A DNA stretch of 63,578 nucleotides, filler included, from Globobulimina sp. (lineage: Eukaryota), in NCBI GenBank assembly GCA_003354225.1. It is 35 parts of 35 records of this genome, joined end to end, with 100 filler letters (N's around TTAATTAATTAA, not from the genome) between each part and the next. Parts side by side here need not be neighbours in the genome. Positions count along the whole stretch, not along the records: positions 25,485 to 27,203 come from PIVH01012730.1; positions 27,304 to 29,022 come from PIVH01012731.1; positions 29,123 to 30,841 come from PIVH01012732.1; positions 30,942 to 32,660 come from PIVH01012733.1; positions 32,761 to 34,479 come from PIVH01012734.1; positions 34,580 to 36,298 come from PIVH01012735.1; positions 36,399 to 38,117 come from PIVH01012736.1; 28 more parts are not named here. One strand, written 5' to 3'. The position numbers were made by a program, and so were the translations under genes. The notes beneath the pieces were generated by a model. The model saw only the letters and a list, made by a program, of their open reading frames with translations, was not told the origin of the DNA and did no database searches. Below, in pieces: positions 25,681 to 38,048 of this stretch; positions within the stretch are counted from its first letter, which is position 1, and the number at the start of each line of letters is the position of its first letter.

Positions 25681-27203
25681 ATGATCATCCCACGACAAAA
25701 AGACAACGGCTTCAACGTACGAGAGGCTTTCGAGTCGGCATTGGATGAGAAAGAAGTGTATTGGACTCAAAGTCGAGCACCAATCGACGCAGCCAATACT
25801 AAGCCCGCCACAGCCTCGTTTTGTTGCAAACTGAGTGACTGTTTCGAATCGCGTTTAAAATGCAATCCCGGCGTTCAAATTGATTTTCGTGGCAAAAGAG
25901 TGAAAGAGAATCCTTTGCAGACCGCGTTCAAAATGAGTCCCAAATCGACATCGATAGCGTTTGAAGGGAATGAAGGTCGGATCGAGTTTGAATTTGTAGA
26001 CGAGATTAATGAGGAAAAGAAGAGGGAAGTTTTGGTGGAATCGAGCGAATATTTAATAGTTCAAGTCTTGGACAATGAAATTGAGCGAGGCTCGAAAGAC
26101 CGCGTAATTGCAGAATGTCTGTTAACTTTCAGCGGTTTTGAGAAAAGGGAGGCCAATTACTGCGACGTTTTGATTTATGACTCGGTGAAAGAGGACGTTG
26201 CTGGACACATTCTGTTGTCAGGAAGCTTGACGCCGACTGGCTCTCTTTTGATATTTGTGGAGAAAATCGTCGATTTAAGCGATCCGACTGCCGATTTGGT
26301 GAAAGATGATAGCACGGTCAAGCGAGATGTGGTTATATTGATGGCCTGGAGCATATACATGATATTAAGCATTATTTTCTATATTTATGGCGAGGACTTC
26401 ATATTTATCGATGCGTTGTATCTGCGGATTGTGACTGCTTTTACGGTTGGATATGGCGACATGTTTCCAGTCACAAACCTTGGCAAATTGCTAAATTGTT
26501 TGTTTATTATCGTGGACAGCATAGCCATCGGCTTCTTGACTTCGAAAGTGATGAATTACATATTGCGGTTTCGAGAGATCCAGAAAGAAAAACGAGAGAA
26601 TGCGAAAAGAAGAGCTGTGGAAAAGGAAAAGGAAAAGGAAAAAGAAAACGAGGGAAAGCTTAAGGAGCCAAATGAGGAAAGAAAAGACGAAGAGGAGAGT
26701 AACGACGATGTGCTCGCCGTATTTGGCGATGCTGTGGAAAATGCCATGGATGAAATGGGCGAGGAACTGTTCGAAGTCGCAAAGGAAACAAAAGAGGCTG
26801 CCTCCAACTTTTGGAGCAAAAACAAATTGTACATTTTAGGCAGCATCATATTGATATTTATAGCGAGCGGCACATTGTTTATGCATTATGTGGAAGGACA
26901 GGACGCAGCGAGTGCCTTTGAATGGAACTTTGTGACTTTGAGCACCGTCGGATACGGCGATGTCACTCCGCACAGCCATGGCGGCAAAGTGTTTGCCATA
27001 TTTTACATCATATTTGGCGTCTCCTTTGTTGTGATGTTTGGAACTGCCATTTTTGAAAAAGTGGATGAAAATCGGCAACGAAAATTTAAGCAAAGTGTGA
27101 TGCGGCGGGCTCTCATTTCCGAGGCTCAATTGTTGGAATTTGATCAGGACGGTGATGGGAAAATTGATAAATACGAATTTTTATCCAAAATGTTGGTCGA
27201 AAC
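25681..27203 (+). CDS. Two-pore (TPK/K2P-type) K+ channel with EF-hand and N-terminal C2-like region, 3'-truncated
   Basis: Two pore loops FTVGYGD and STVGYGD; EF-hand DQDGDGKIDKYEF. Confidence 0.9.
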
Positions 27204-27434
27204 NNNNNNNNNNNNNNNNNNNNNNNNNNNNNNNNNNNNNNNNNNNNTTAATTAATTAANNNNNNNNNNNNNNNNNNNNNNNNNNNNNNNNNNNNNNNNN
27301 NNNATCCTGTGCATATTCATACTTTTTTCTTTTTTTTTTTATTGTGTCCGTCTAGCGCGCATTTATAAATGGTTAACGAAAAGAGTTATGCTTTTTTGAA
27401 TGGATAATCTGTTAAACAACACGATATGTAATAT

Positions 27435-29022
27435 CTACGTAGGGAATACACCATGTTCATCAACATCAGCAACTCCCTGCAACCTTCTTTCTAGTGATGA
27501 TTCTCTTATTTTATTTGCAAAATTACCATCACCATCATCCTCATCATCATCTATTGTCTGTTTTTTCTTTCCATAATGTTTTCTTTTATTATCAAGAGTT
27601 GATTTCACAGAAACCGCATACGTTTTGCTCATATTCAAAGCATGTCCACCATGTTCCACCACATCAATTCCGGACCTTTCCAATTCCTCAGAGACTCGCA
27701 ATATGTTTAAATATCCCATTGTCCCAAATAACAAAATGCCATTCAACAATGCCCATCCTGCAACAACCACAATTAATAACAAATTTGTTGCAAACCTTTG
27801 ACCAACACTTGTTTCCGCATATAATGTTTCTGGATAATGTGCAAATTTTAATGACTCACTTGTAGCAAACAAACCAGCAGCTAACACTCCCCATATTCCA
27901 CCAATACCATGCACCTTTGATTCATATTGATATTACAATTTAAAAATGAATATTATATTTATTATCGGTACATTGCACTTAACTGCAAATGCGTCCAATG
28001 GGTCATCAATTTGTACATATTTGGAGATCATAAGTCGTGACACCGCATAATATAACGCAGAACCAACGCAACCAATAAAAATGGAAATACCTGGACTCAC
28101 AACTGCGCAGCTTGCGGTTATGGAGGCTAATGCGGCTAAAATACCATTACATAATTTGGGAATATGCCATGATTTATGAAATATTCTTGCTAAAAGAGCA
28201 GAGGTTAACCCTCCAGATGCTGCTGAAATGGTGGTATTGACTGCAATTTTTGATGCTAACTCCATCGAGTTATTTGTCTGCAAAGTTGAGCCACAATTAA
28301 AGCCATAAAAGCCAAACCATAAAAAAAATAGACCAACCACTTGGAAAGGTACGTTATGACCAAATTCAAATTGATGTTGTAACTCTGCATAATATTTAGA
28401 TTTCGTAGCCGCTAAAGACTGATCAAATCGGCGTAAGCGCGGCCCAACAAAATAAGCTCCGCAAAGACCAATAAATCCACCAACCATATGGACGCAGGAA
28501 GAGCCCGCAAAGTCAATGGCGCCGCCATAAATTAATACTGAATCATTAAATGGCGACAACCAACCGGTCGAGGACCAGATCCAATGGACCACCTACACAA
28601 TAATATGAAAGTTACAATTAAAATTGCAGCAAAAATACAATGGACATACTATGGGATATGTCCATGACGAGACCACAACAGTATATATAAAATATGGCTC
28701 CAATCGGAATCTTTCGGCCACTGCACCGGATACAATGGTTGACGCTGTGCAGGCAAATGAACATTGAAAAAACCAATCGTGGAAGTTTTCATTTTCTATT
28801 AAAATGTTTTCTACGCCCATAAAACCATTGGCATTGATGCTTGTTGGATCACCTTTTGTTTATTTGCAAAAATAAACACTCTGCAATGCATTCTGACACT
28901 CTATATATATACAAAAACAACATGACAATTAACATTCACATACCATATGCCACACAATAACCTACAATCCAATACACAATGGCACAAATTGCAGCATCCA
29001 TTATATTTTTAAACATAATATT
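27435..29022 (-). CDS. amt: Ammonium transporter (AMT1 family), 5'-truncated; introns 28853-28943, 28593-28649, 27915-27983
   Basis: WFFQCSFACTASTIVSGAVAER, DFAGSSCVHMVGG, LWFGFYGFNCGS, IDDPLDAFAVHG. Confidence 0.95.
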
Positions 29023-29391
29023 NNNNNNNNNNNNNNNNNNNNNNNNNNNNNNNNNNNNNNNNNNNNTTAATTAATTAANNNNNNNNNNNNNNNNNNNNNN
29101 NNNNNNNNNNNNNNNNNNNNNNAAGAAATTGAATAAATATTTAAATCACTATCTGAGACCTTGGCATGGGAGACCAAATAAGGTAGTTGTAAGTAACAAG
29201 GAGGAATGACGAAAGGATTTTACTGTGAGCCGATTGGTTTTATCCCATTTTAATCCTCAGTTTGGAATAGATGAAATGTATCCAATTTAAGATGGGGCAA
29301 ATCTCCAAGAGAATATTTTCTTGGGCATCCAAGCAATGTACGTGCTGTCGTTTTACAAAATAAACAGCAGGAAAATTACAAATTTGCTTCA

Positions 29392-30006
29392 ATGAAAGAC
29401 TTAGGAGCGATGCATTTAAAGATAAGCCACTATAAATTATCCCAGTTATGCCGTACAAATATGGAATATGCCGGATATTCATTTAGTTTCCAGAATCAAT
29501 ATTTGTATAAAAATGGAGTGTGCGATTTGGTGGATGAACAATGGAAAGAGTTCCATGTCAGTTCTTACGGATTCAGATACTTTATCTCAACACGTGGTAG
29601 GGTTAAAAACATCAAAGATAATAAAGAAAAATTATTAAAAACACAAATAAAAGGAGACTACCCAAATTTTGGCATTTATTTCAATGGCAAAAGAAAGCAC
29701 TTTGTGGCAAATCCGAACAATTATTCAGTGTTGGACCATATTGACACTAACAGACCAAACAATAATTCATCGAATTTGAGATGGGTGAAGGATGCACTTG
29801 AAAATGCCAGCAACAGCATAACCCGTCGCAACATATCGGAAAGCGTCCAAAATAAGCGAAAAGTGGAACAGATTGATCAAGTCTGTGATATAGTTATTAG
29901 GGAATGGGACCGTGCACATACAGCTGGTAAGACATTGAATATATTGAAAGCTTGTCGAGGTGAAAGCAGAACAGCATACGGTTATAAATGGAGATTTTGC
30001 AACTAA
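29392..30006 (+). mobile_element. NUMOD4-HNH-NUMOD1 homing-endonuclease-like ORF, probably degenerate
   Basis: EQWK..YFISTRGRVKN, VLDHIDTNRPNNNSSNLRWV..EN, KVEQID..IREW..ILKACRGESRTAYGYKWRF; the usual VHRLVA motif is missing. Confidence 0.8.
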
Positions 30007-30110
30007 TAATTAACTAACATCGTAATCGTCAAATCATGCCAAAGCACGTGCACGATGGCGATAAGACGGTTTGCTGACATTTGTGTTGAGTAACTTGAGT
30101 TTGAGTAATA

Positions 30111-30841
30111 ATGGTATTGCTTGAAGCATTATGTTTGTTGCAATTATTAAGAATATCCATGTCATTCGAAACATTTTCAGCGTATCGTATGTTACAATAC
30201 GAGAAAAATCAACGACCGTTTGGCTCATCCTCCTCCACCATAAATGATTTAATTATATCCCCCATATTTGGAGATCATGACTTAGGTCGCAACATCGGTA
30301 TAATATCCATCTCAAATTTAACATTACAATTATTACAATCCTTAACGTTTCGTCGCTGTCAATCATTATTAATAATATTACCTCCAAACAGCGACAACTC
30401 ATCAAACGTAATCTACACAGATTTATTTTATTTGAAATTTCGAGAAATTGAACATTATTTATTAACAAATGCATTCTCTTTCAGTATATTTTTTACATTC
30501 AATGATGCCGCTATTATTGACAAATTACTATCGACCACAAATGAGTTATTTAGCATTTACGGCAATGAAAATATAAATTATCACGAAATTGAAAGCAGGA
30601 AACATGCCCACAACCAATTAATGTCTCCATTATCAATGCATAATTTATATCAACTCTCTGCCGCAGAAATATCGCATCCAATCAGCAATGTTAAATACAC
30701 GAATATATTTGGCAAAATCATCAACGATATCCATGCAAAATATATTGTCATCACCGCAAATCACGACAGCTTTGGTATTGTACCAAATATAGCGTTTGGA
30801 GTCAATGATAATGGATCGGGCGGAGCCGTCGCAGGGGCCAG
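30111..30841 (+). CDS. NCLN: Nicalin-like (peptidase M28 fold) protein, 3'-truncated
   Basis: Signal peptide, AYRMLQYE..PFGS, NIFGKI, IVITANHDSFGIVP.IAFGVNDNGSG. Confidence 0.8.
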
Positions 30842-30941
30842 NNNNNNNNNNNNNNNNNNNNNNNNNNNNNNNNNNNNNNNNNNNNTTAATTAATTAANNN
30901 NNNNNNNNNNNNNNNNNNNNNNNNNNNNNNNNNNNNNNNNN

Positions 30942-32660
30942 ACTTGAAAAAATGTAACGTCTTTTCCCGACATTATCGCGATCGAACTGATGTGGAAACT
31001 GCGCGTAATTTATATTATCATAACAGCACTACAAACACACATAAATATGGAACTGACAAAGCAAATGATATGAAAAACGACAAAGATATCATCTTCCAAC
31101 AGGAAATCGACAAAATCCATTCGTATTTTTTGCATTCAACGCTCAAATTTGGCAAAGGCAAATTTTTACAAAATGACAACAGTTTAGGTTTTACGCAGAG
31201 GAAACATGACATCAATGTTGCTGCAAAAGGACGCTCCTTCAGCAAATACGAGAATATTAACGAAAAAAAAGAATCTGCGATGGATATTCTGTCCAAAAAA
31301 CTCACAAAGTTAAAAGCGATATCACCAAAACCAAAAGCAAGAAGTATTAGTTGTGGCTCACTCGAATGGTCTGAAATAGTATTAAAAGCGCGCAAATTTG
31401 CACATCAGTCATCCTTCGAAACGCCCAAACCCAGTCATTTTCGGAAGTGCTCCACTTTTGAAATAAATACTCCTCGATTACCCAAGCGAGACTCGCTAAA
31501 ATTCGCCAAAACCGCAGGGGGTCTCCAGAGTCCTCTAAGTTCGTCGTACAGTGAATTAGAAGAAGAGCAGGAAAACGCGGAAAATTATGTCGGTGTCTCA
31601 TCGGATATGGAGTGGATTTCGCAAATAAACGAATGCGACTCAGATGAGGAGATTTACAATAAATTGGTGCAATTTTGTGGTATATTTCGCTGGCAAAACG
31701 CGCACGGATTTCGTAGTCGACATTTTCAAGGTTTGCATCATATCCATGCTCTATTTAAGAACATCAAAGAGGAGGTACTGCGCAATACATATCATGCCAT
31801 AACCATTGAGAATTGGAACCAGACCCTCCGTAAATCGAAAGCCTTTCATCAGTCCTGGGCTGCAGCAAAAATCCGCGCTTTGTATGACGGCGAGTTTGAG
31901 GATCAAATAACGCAACGGAGGTTTGTCTGGAAGCAGTATGATCAGATTGAATTGGCGGAAATTGTCACACTTAAGTTATATACACCGCTATTTTGACAAA
32001 TTGCAATCTGAGTGTTGCTGCGTATGTGTTGTTGAAAGGTTATATACCGATTTTGATAAATTGCAGTTCGAATTAAAGAAATGTTTTCGTTGAGAATACA
32101 CGCAAGAAGTTATCGAAAGGCATCAGCAAAATGACAAACTGCTCGAGAACGACGAGCATAAATATGAGCAAAAAGACGATATGGACAGAATAAGTATTGA
32201 CAAAGCAGCAAAGATCGAGTTGCAAAATAGATTGAGTGAGTTCTACCATTGGAGGCAGTCTTTGGTGGTGATTTTGAATAAGTATGGACATAAAATTCGA
32301 GAATCGGACTGGAATTATATTTTATACCACGGCGTGAATGCAAAAATGATCTTAAATCCTGCGCAAACACCCGCTTTTTATGGACCTTTATCGACTTCGT
32401 CCTCTTTCCATGTGGCGCAGACATTTGCTACCGATGCGGGCATGGTACTGACGATAAGCTCACAGTATCCACGATTGGGTGTCTGTCGCGCGTTCGATGC
32501 GAGTCTGATCTCTGACTATCCGGAGGAGCAAGAATGGCTCATTGGATTTATATATACGCGCATTCGCAAAATCCACACGAAGCAGGCCTTTGAATGGAAG
32601 CATTTGCCGCCAGCCTCGAACTTACGTTTTGTGTTTTTTGCACTGCATTTGTTCCGAATG
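30942..32660 (+). CDS. ADP-ribosyltransferase-fold (R-S-E-like) protein, truncated; intron 31975-32038; in-frame TGA at 32091
   Basis: Spliced LKLYTDFDKLQFELKKCFR, then LYHGV, GPLSTSSSFHVAQTF, GMVLTI, SLISDYPEEQEWL. Confidence 0.65.
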
Positions 32661-32760
32661 NNNNNNNNNNNNNNNNNNNNNNNNNNNNNNNNNNNNNNNN
32701 NNNNTTAATTAATTAANNNNNNNNNNNNNNNNNNNNNNNNNNNNNNNNNNNNNNNNNNNN

Positions 32761-33558
32761 TTTCCACCATAACTTACCTGAAAAACAAAAAAAAAACATT
32801 TGTCATAGCTTCAAAATGGTCGAATTATAAATCAGTTTCAAACTGAAAACATCCCATCACCCACAGAAGTATATACCTTTTGAATCATTATCCTTTTGCC
32901 ACAATGGTTTGCCTCTTTGTTGTCCTTTATATAAATACTTGCCATTAATACAAACTGTGCCGGCTCTCTCGATCACAATCACAATCAACGCGGGATCCTG
33001 ATTCTTATCATTCGAATACTTATTATTTGCTTCATCCACCTCACTGTTCATACTATTCAGTGAGTCACTGCCCCCATCACTGCTGCTGACGGATATGGAC
33101 GATGAGGACTCATCCGATTCTGTGTAATAATCAGTGGACAAATCACCATCCGATGAATATGAATCATTATCCACCTCATTCACATTGCTCTTATTTTCAA
33201 TGTCATGAGCTATTAATTTGTCATATTGCGATTTACGCTGTAATAGCAACTGTAATTTCTTCTTTTCTTTCTCCAATCGTTGTATCTCTTGTTTTTCTTC
33301 CTTTTCTGCCTGGATACGCAGTTTCGTTTTCATTTCTTGTTCGATTTCTTGTTTGGTTTTATGGCGACGAAGGTTGGCATCGAAGCGGTTTAATTCGAAT
33401 AAGATTTTGTTTTGGATGGAGATAATTAACCATTCACCATCGGCATCTCTGTAGGTGGAGGTTATCGTGGCTGAGTACCATTTGTTGCGTGAGGCTACAA
33501 ACACTTGCAACAATGAACCGATCTTCCAATTTTTTCGGTGCGTCTCTGTTGTTTCCAT
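32761..33558 (-). CDS. Hypothetical protein with an N-terminal beta domain, coiled coil and acidic tract; probable intron 32778-32864
   Basis: WKIGSLLQVFVASRNKWYSATI N-terminus; splicing gives YFCKLWWK in frame. Confidence 0.55.
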
Positions 33559-33641
33559 GATGACTATCTAGCTCACTTTAAGAAAATCTTAAAAAGTAGT
33601 TTTCCGCATTTTACATAATAATTTAATAAAGCTTGCAAAGA

Positions 33642-34479
33642 ATGACAGATAAACCGCCAATCGTCATAGACAATGGAACAGGATACACCAAGATGGGCTA
33701 CGCAGGCAACAGTGTGCCAGATTACATCGTACCGACTATCATAGCTCAACCAAAGAAGAAGTCGGGATCGCGCCGTTCAGACACCTCAGATTTGGAGTTT
33801 TATATTGGCGAAGAAGCCATGGGGAAGCGCTTAAATTACCAGGTCGAGAATTGTTTGGCCCACGGCATCATCAACAATTGGGACAACATCGAGAAATATT
33901 GGCAACGCTGTTTGTTCCAATATATGCGCTGTGATCCCGAAGAACATTACGTATTACTTACGGAGCCCCCACTCAATCCACCAGAGAACAGAGAGTATAC
34001 TGCCGAGATTATGTTCGAAACCTTCAACGTGCCCGGCCTTTACATCGGCGTCCAGGCCGTATTAGCCTTAATCGCCTCGCGTTTGAGCAAAAACGCCGAA
34101 AAAGTCTTGACTGGCACTGTTATCGATGCCGGTGACGGTATGTCATGATAATATGTTGCGAATTTGCGCTGCAATGCATATTTTTTCATACTTTCTAAGG
34201 TGTAACGCATGTTATCCCAGTGTCTGATGGGTATGTGGTCGGTTCGTGCATCAAACACATCCCATTGGCGGGCAGTGACATCACCAAATTCATCTTGCAA
34301 TTGTTGCGTGAACGCGGCGAGCCAATACCTCCCGAAGACGTAAAGTTGGTGGCTAGCACTGTGAAGGAGCGGTTTTGCTATACGTCGCCGGACATTGTCA
34401 AGGAATATTTGAAGTATGATGCGGATCCCTCTCGCTTCCAAACCTACGAAGGGAAGCATCCCAAAACCGGCAGACCGTA
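33642..34479 (+). CDS. ARP3: Actin-related protein 3, 3'-truncated; intron 34138-34199
   Basis: [65 protein letters not shown]. Confidence 0.97.
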
Positions 34480-34669
34480 NNNNNNNNNNNNNNNNNNNNN
34501 NNNNNNNNNNNNNNNNNNNNNNNTTAATTAATTAANNNNNNNNNNNNNNNNNNNNNNNNNNNNNNNNNNNNNNNNNNNNTTACAGCATGTTTACATAGTG
34601 TTTACAGCACGTTAACATAGTGTTTACAGCATTTCATAGATGGGCTAAAGTAGAAGACAAACAATCAGC

Positions 34670-36298
34670 TAAAGGAATTTTCTGGCGATATGTTACGTTG
34701 GACAGCATTTTGGGACAGATTCAACGCATCGATAAATGAAAACGAAAACATAAGTACGGTTGAAAAATTCAACTATTTAAAAAGTTATCTAAAGGGACCA
34801 GCTTTGTGTATGTTAGACGGTATGGAACTAACAGAAGACAATTATACGGAAGCTATAAATCGACTCAAACAAAAATATAGTGATAAGAAATTGATCGTAG
34901 CCACACACACTAGGCAATTACAAAATTTACGACCAGTACGTGATGGTGAAGATGTATCACATTTAGAGCGATTCTATAATGAAGTTGAAAATCATATTAG
35001 ATGTTTAACAGTATTGAAATCTAATGTGGACAATCCGTCAACAACCAATAACATAATCACAAAATTGCCCGTTTCGATGCAAGAAAAATTGTTTCCAAAG
35101 ATGCCCGTAACAGAAACAGAGCAATTAAAGTTCGTACTTGAAAGTATATGCAACGAAATTAAAAAACGTCAAATGGTCAAAACAGTACCCAATATTGAAA
35201 CGACAGTTGATAAACGTAATACATACAATCAAACATTAAAAGTATTAACAGACGACGTAGATAAACACAGTGATGCAAGTACAGAAGCTAAGACAAGTGT
35301 ATTAAGTGTTCAAACGACATACAAGCATTGTGCATACTGTAATGATAATCATTTCTCGGATAAATGCAATGTATATAGTAGTGCAAATGATCGCAGAAGT
35401 GAATTACAAATAAAGAATAAATGTTTCCGTTGTCTGAATGAAGGTCATAAGATTAGTGAGTGTCCCGAAAGTTCCGAATGTTATTATTGTAAAAGAAATC
35501 ATCATCACAGTAGTATTTGCTTTAAACAATTTCCAAACAAGCAGAGTGATGGAACAATAAATACAGTAATATTAAACGGCAGTCAAAATCGCGACAACAT
35601 TAAAATCGACCCAAATTTAAAACAATACATAGATTCACAGATAAAGCAATGTATGGACACAGAAATAAAAACAGTCGTTGAAAACGCAGGTGTTGTGACA
35701 CATACACCACAATCGCAAACAAGAAAAGATGTTATTTTATCTACAGCGTATGTAAATGCAAAGGCAAGTAATAAAGAAAATGCATCGCACAAATGTAGAG
35801 TTCTTGAGGATACGGGTAGTCAGTGCACAATTGTCAAAAAGAAAATTTGCGATGAAATGGGTCTAATTCCAATTGCATATGATACAGTAACAATATCAGG
35901 TTTTGCACAAACACAACCAGTCACTGTCATATTAGCTAGAGTAAAGATAGACTTACAATTACGCAATGGAGTATACAAGACATTTGAAGCATACGTAAAT
36001 GACACAATAACCCATCCAATTAAAAAGGTAGCTATCAATCCAAATAAATATCCAGTTTTACAAAATCTCGTAAAAATTAATAGTAAATTTGCCGAAACAT
36101 GGATTGAAGAGTCGGAAATCGTAGAAATAGATATGTTGATAGGAAACGATTATTGTTTTGATTTGATCTCGGGAAAGAAAGAAAAATTAACAGATGGATT
36201 GTATGTAATCGACACAGAATTCGGATACTCGTTTGCAGGCACGATGCCATATAAAAGTACAGATACATTCATATACGATAATCCAATACAGTCTATAC
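34670..36298 (+). mobile_element. BEL/Pao LTR retrotransposon Gag-protease fragment
   Basis: EFSGDMLRWTAFWDRF..EKFNYLKSYLKGPA (DUF1759-like); three knuckles CAYC..H..C, CFRC..H..C, CYYC..H..IC; protease LEDTGSQ; IDMLIGND; TEFGY. Confidence 0.92.
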
Positions 36299-36398
36299 NN
36301 NNNNNNNNNNNNNNNNNNNNNNNNNNNNNNNNNNNNNNNNNNTTAATTAATTAANNNNNNNNNNNNNNNNNNNNNNNNNNNNNNNNNNNNNNNNNNNN

Positions 36399-38048
36399 AT
36401 GTTTCCTGCACAAAAAACAATAATAAAACACAAATTGTATATACAACAACACTAGATATTGTTTCATATTTAGTCCCAACCCAAGTTCCAATACCAACAA
36501 ATATTAAACATGTTGCATTTATAATAAGTACTAAAAGTGTCGATGATGTACCTTCACTAATTCCATATGGATAAGCAACCTCAGATGTTAATTCATAAAA
36601 TAGTGGAAGTAATGCACCAGATAAAAATCCCAACATTGCCATAAACGTTGTTACTATGATCATTTTATAAATAATACTATCATTATCGATATAGTCTAAT
36701 ATCAGTGAATCCGAATTCCATGGACTTGGTAAGATAAATAATAAAACCAACAATATGGTAATACTCCATCCAAATAAAACATATAATGTGAACTTTATTT
36801 TTTTGCTAAAATATTTATCCGATATCCAACCCATAATAAGTGCTCCCACCATATTCATCCCTGTTTGTATAAAACCTATGCTTCCAATTGCTTTATCACC
36901 GAAACCTAATGGACTATGACATGTACATAGAACAAACTTAATAGTACTATAAGATGTATACAGTATATACCTTAACATATCTTGAGTAACGCCATCATAT
37001 GCACTTGAAATACCACTTTGAAAGCCACCAATTAATACCATTAAAAGTGTACTTTTTGAAACTGAAATATTTTTTATTTCATTCCAAAAATTTGACATAT
37101 TAGCTTTCATTGCAATTGCAATTGGTTTAGAATCATCAATTTTTTTAATATCCTCATCCATCAAATGAATCAATGGATCGTTTATATTTATATTATTTAC
37201 ATTATTTTGCGATGTTTGGTGCAATGGAAATGGAATAGATAATAATGCATATTTAGCGGCGTTTGACGGTAATTTTGTTGGTGAACTCGGAAAATGTAAA
37301 AGAATACAAATAAAAGGTATGAATGCAAGAAACAAATCAACATATAACATCCATGGGATATCATTTGAATTTTCAACTAAATAGGGACCACATAAAAAAC
37401 TAAAACTACTGCCTAATGAGCCAGCAATGCTAATGCATCCAGTTGCAAATTTGCGTTCAGTTTCAGGAAACCATATTACACTTCAAATAATATACAGTTA
37501 TTACAGTAACAAAACTGTTAACGTTTGTTTGTTGATAATATTAAATTCCAACAAACAGTTAATTTTGTTAATGTACTATATAGCTACCTTAGTTTCGATG
37601 GCACGCTCATAATTATTACACCTGCGATTGCATTCAGTATTTGTCCAACGTGTAAAAATATTAATGTGTTCCAAAACGAATTATTTATAATATAATTATT
37701 ATCAATCGATGCCAATATTGTTGGAATACAACGAATTAAACATCCAAAAAATACCAATGATACCGACAATTTAACTGAATACATTAATCCTCGACGTGGA
37801 AACAACAAAATATATGCTGTTAATGGTATTGATGGAAATGCCATAATTGGTCCCCAATTCAACAGTAAATCAATGACTCCATTTACATCACCATCCGCTG
37901 AATGTTTTAAATGATAATATTGTTCAACTTTTGTTGGAACAGAACTAAATGTAAACCACGTATTGCATTGTATTGCACTCGCTAATGATGACACCACTAA
38001 AATATACCACCGTTGCAATTCTGGTGGACCAATCTGTAACGAAACCAT
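36399..38048 (-). CDS. MFS transporter of the SLC49 (FLVCR/DIRC2) type, 3'-truncated; introns 37481-37587 and 36914-36970
   Basis: RWYIL..QCNTWFTFS, LLNWGPI, GQILNAIAG, WFPETERKFAT, PLFYELTSEVAYP..SEG. Confidence 0.88.

Noticed and set aside
22050-32093. Global TGA-to-Trp reassignment
   Set aside because: Only two in-frame TGAs were found, one in a transposon; Trp is otherwise TGG and TGA terminates tubulin and other ORFs.
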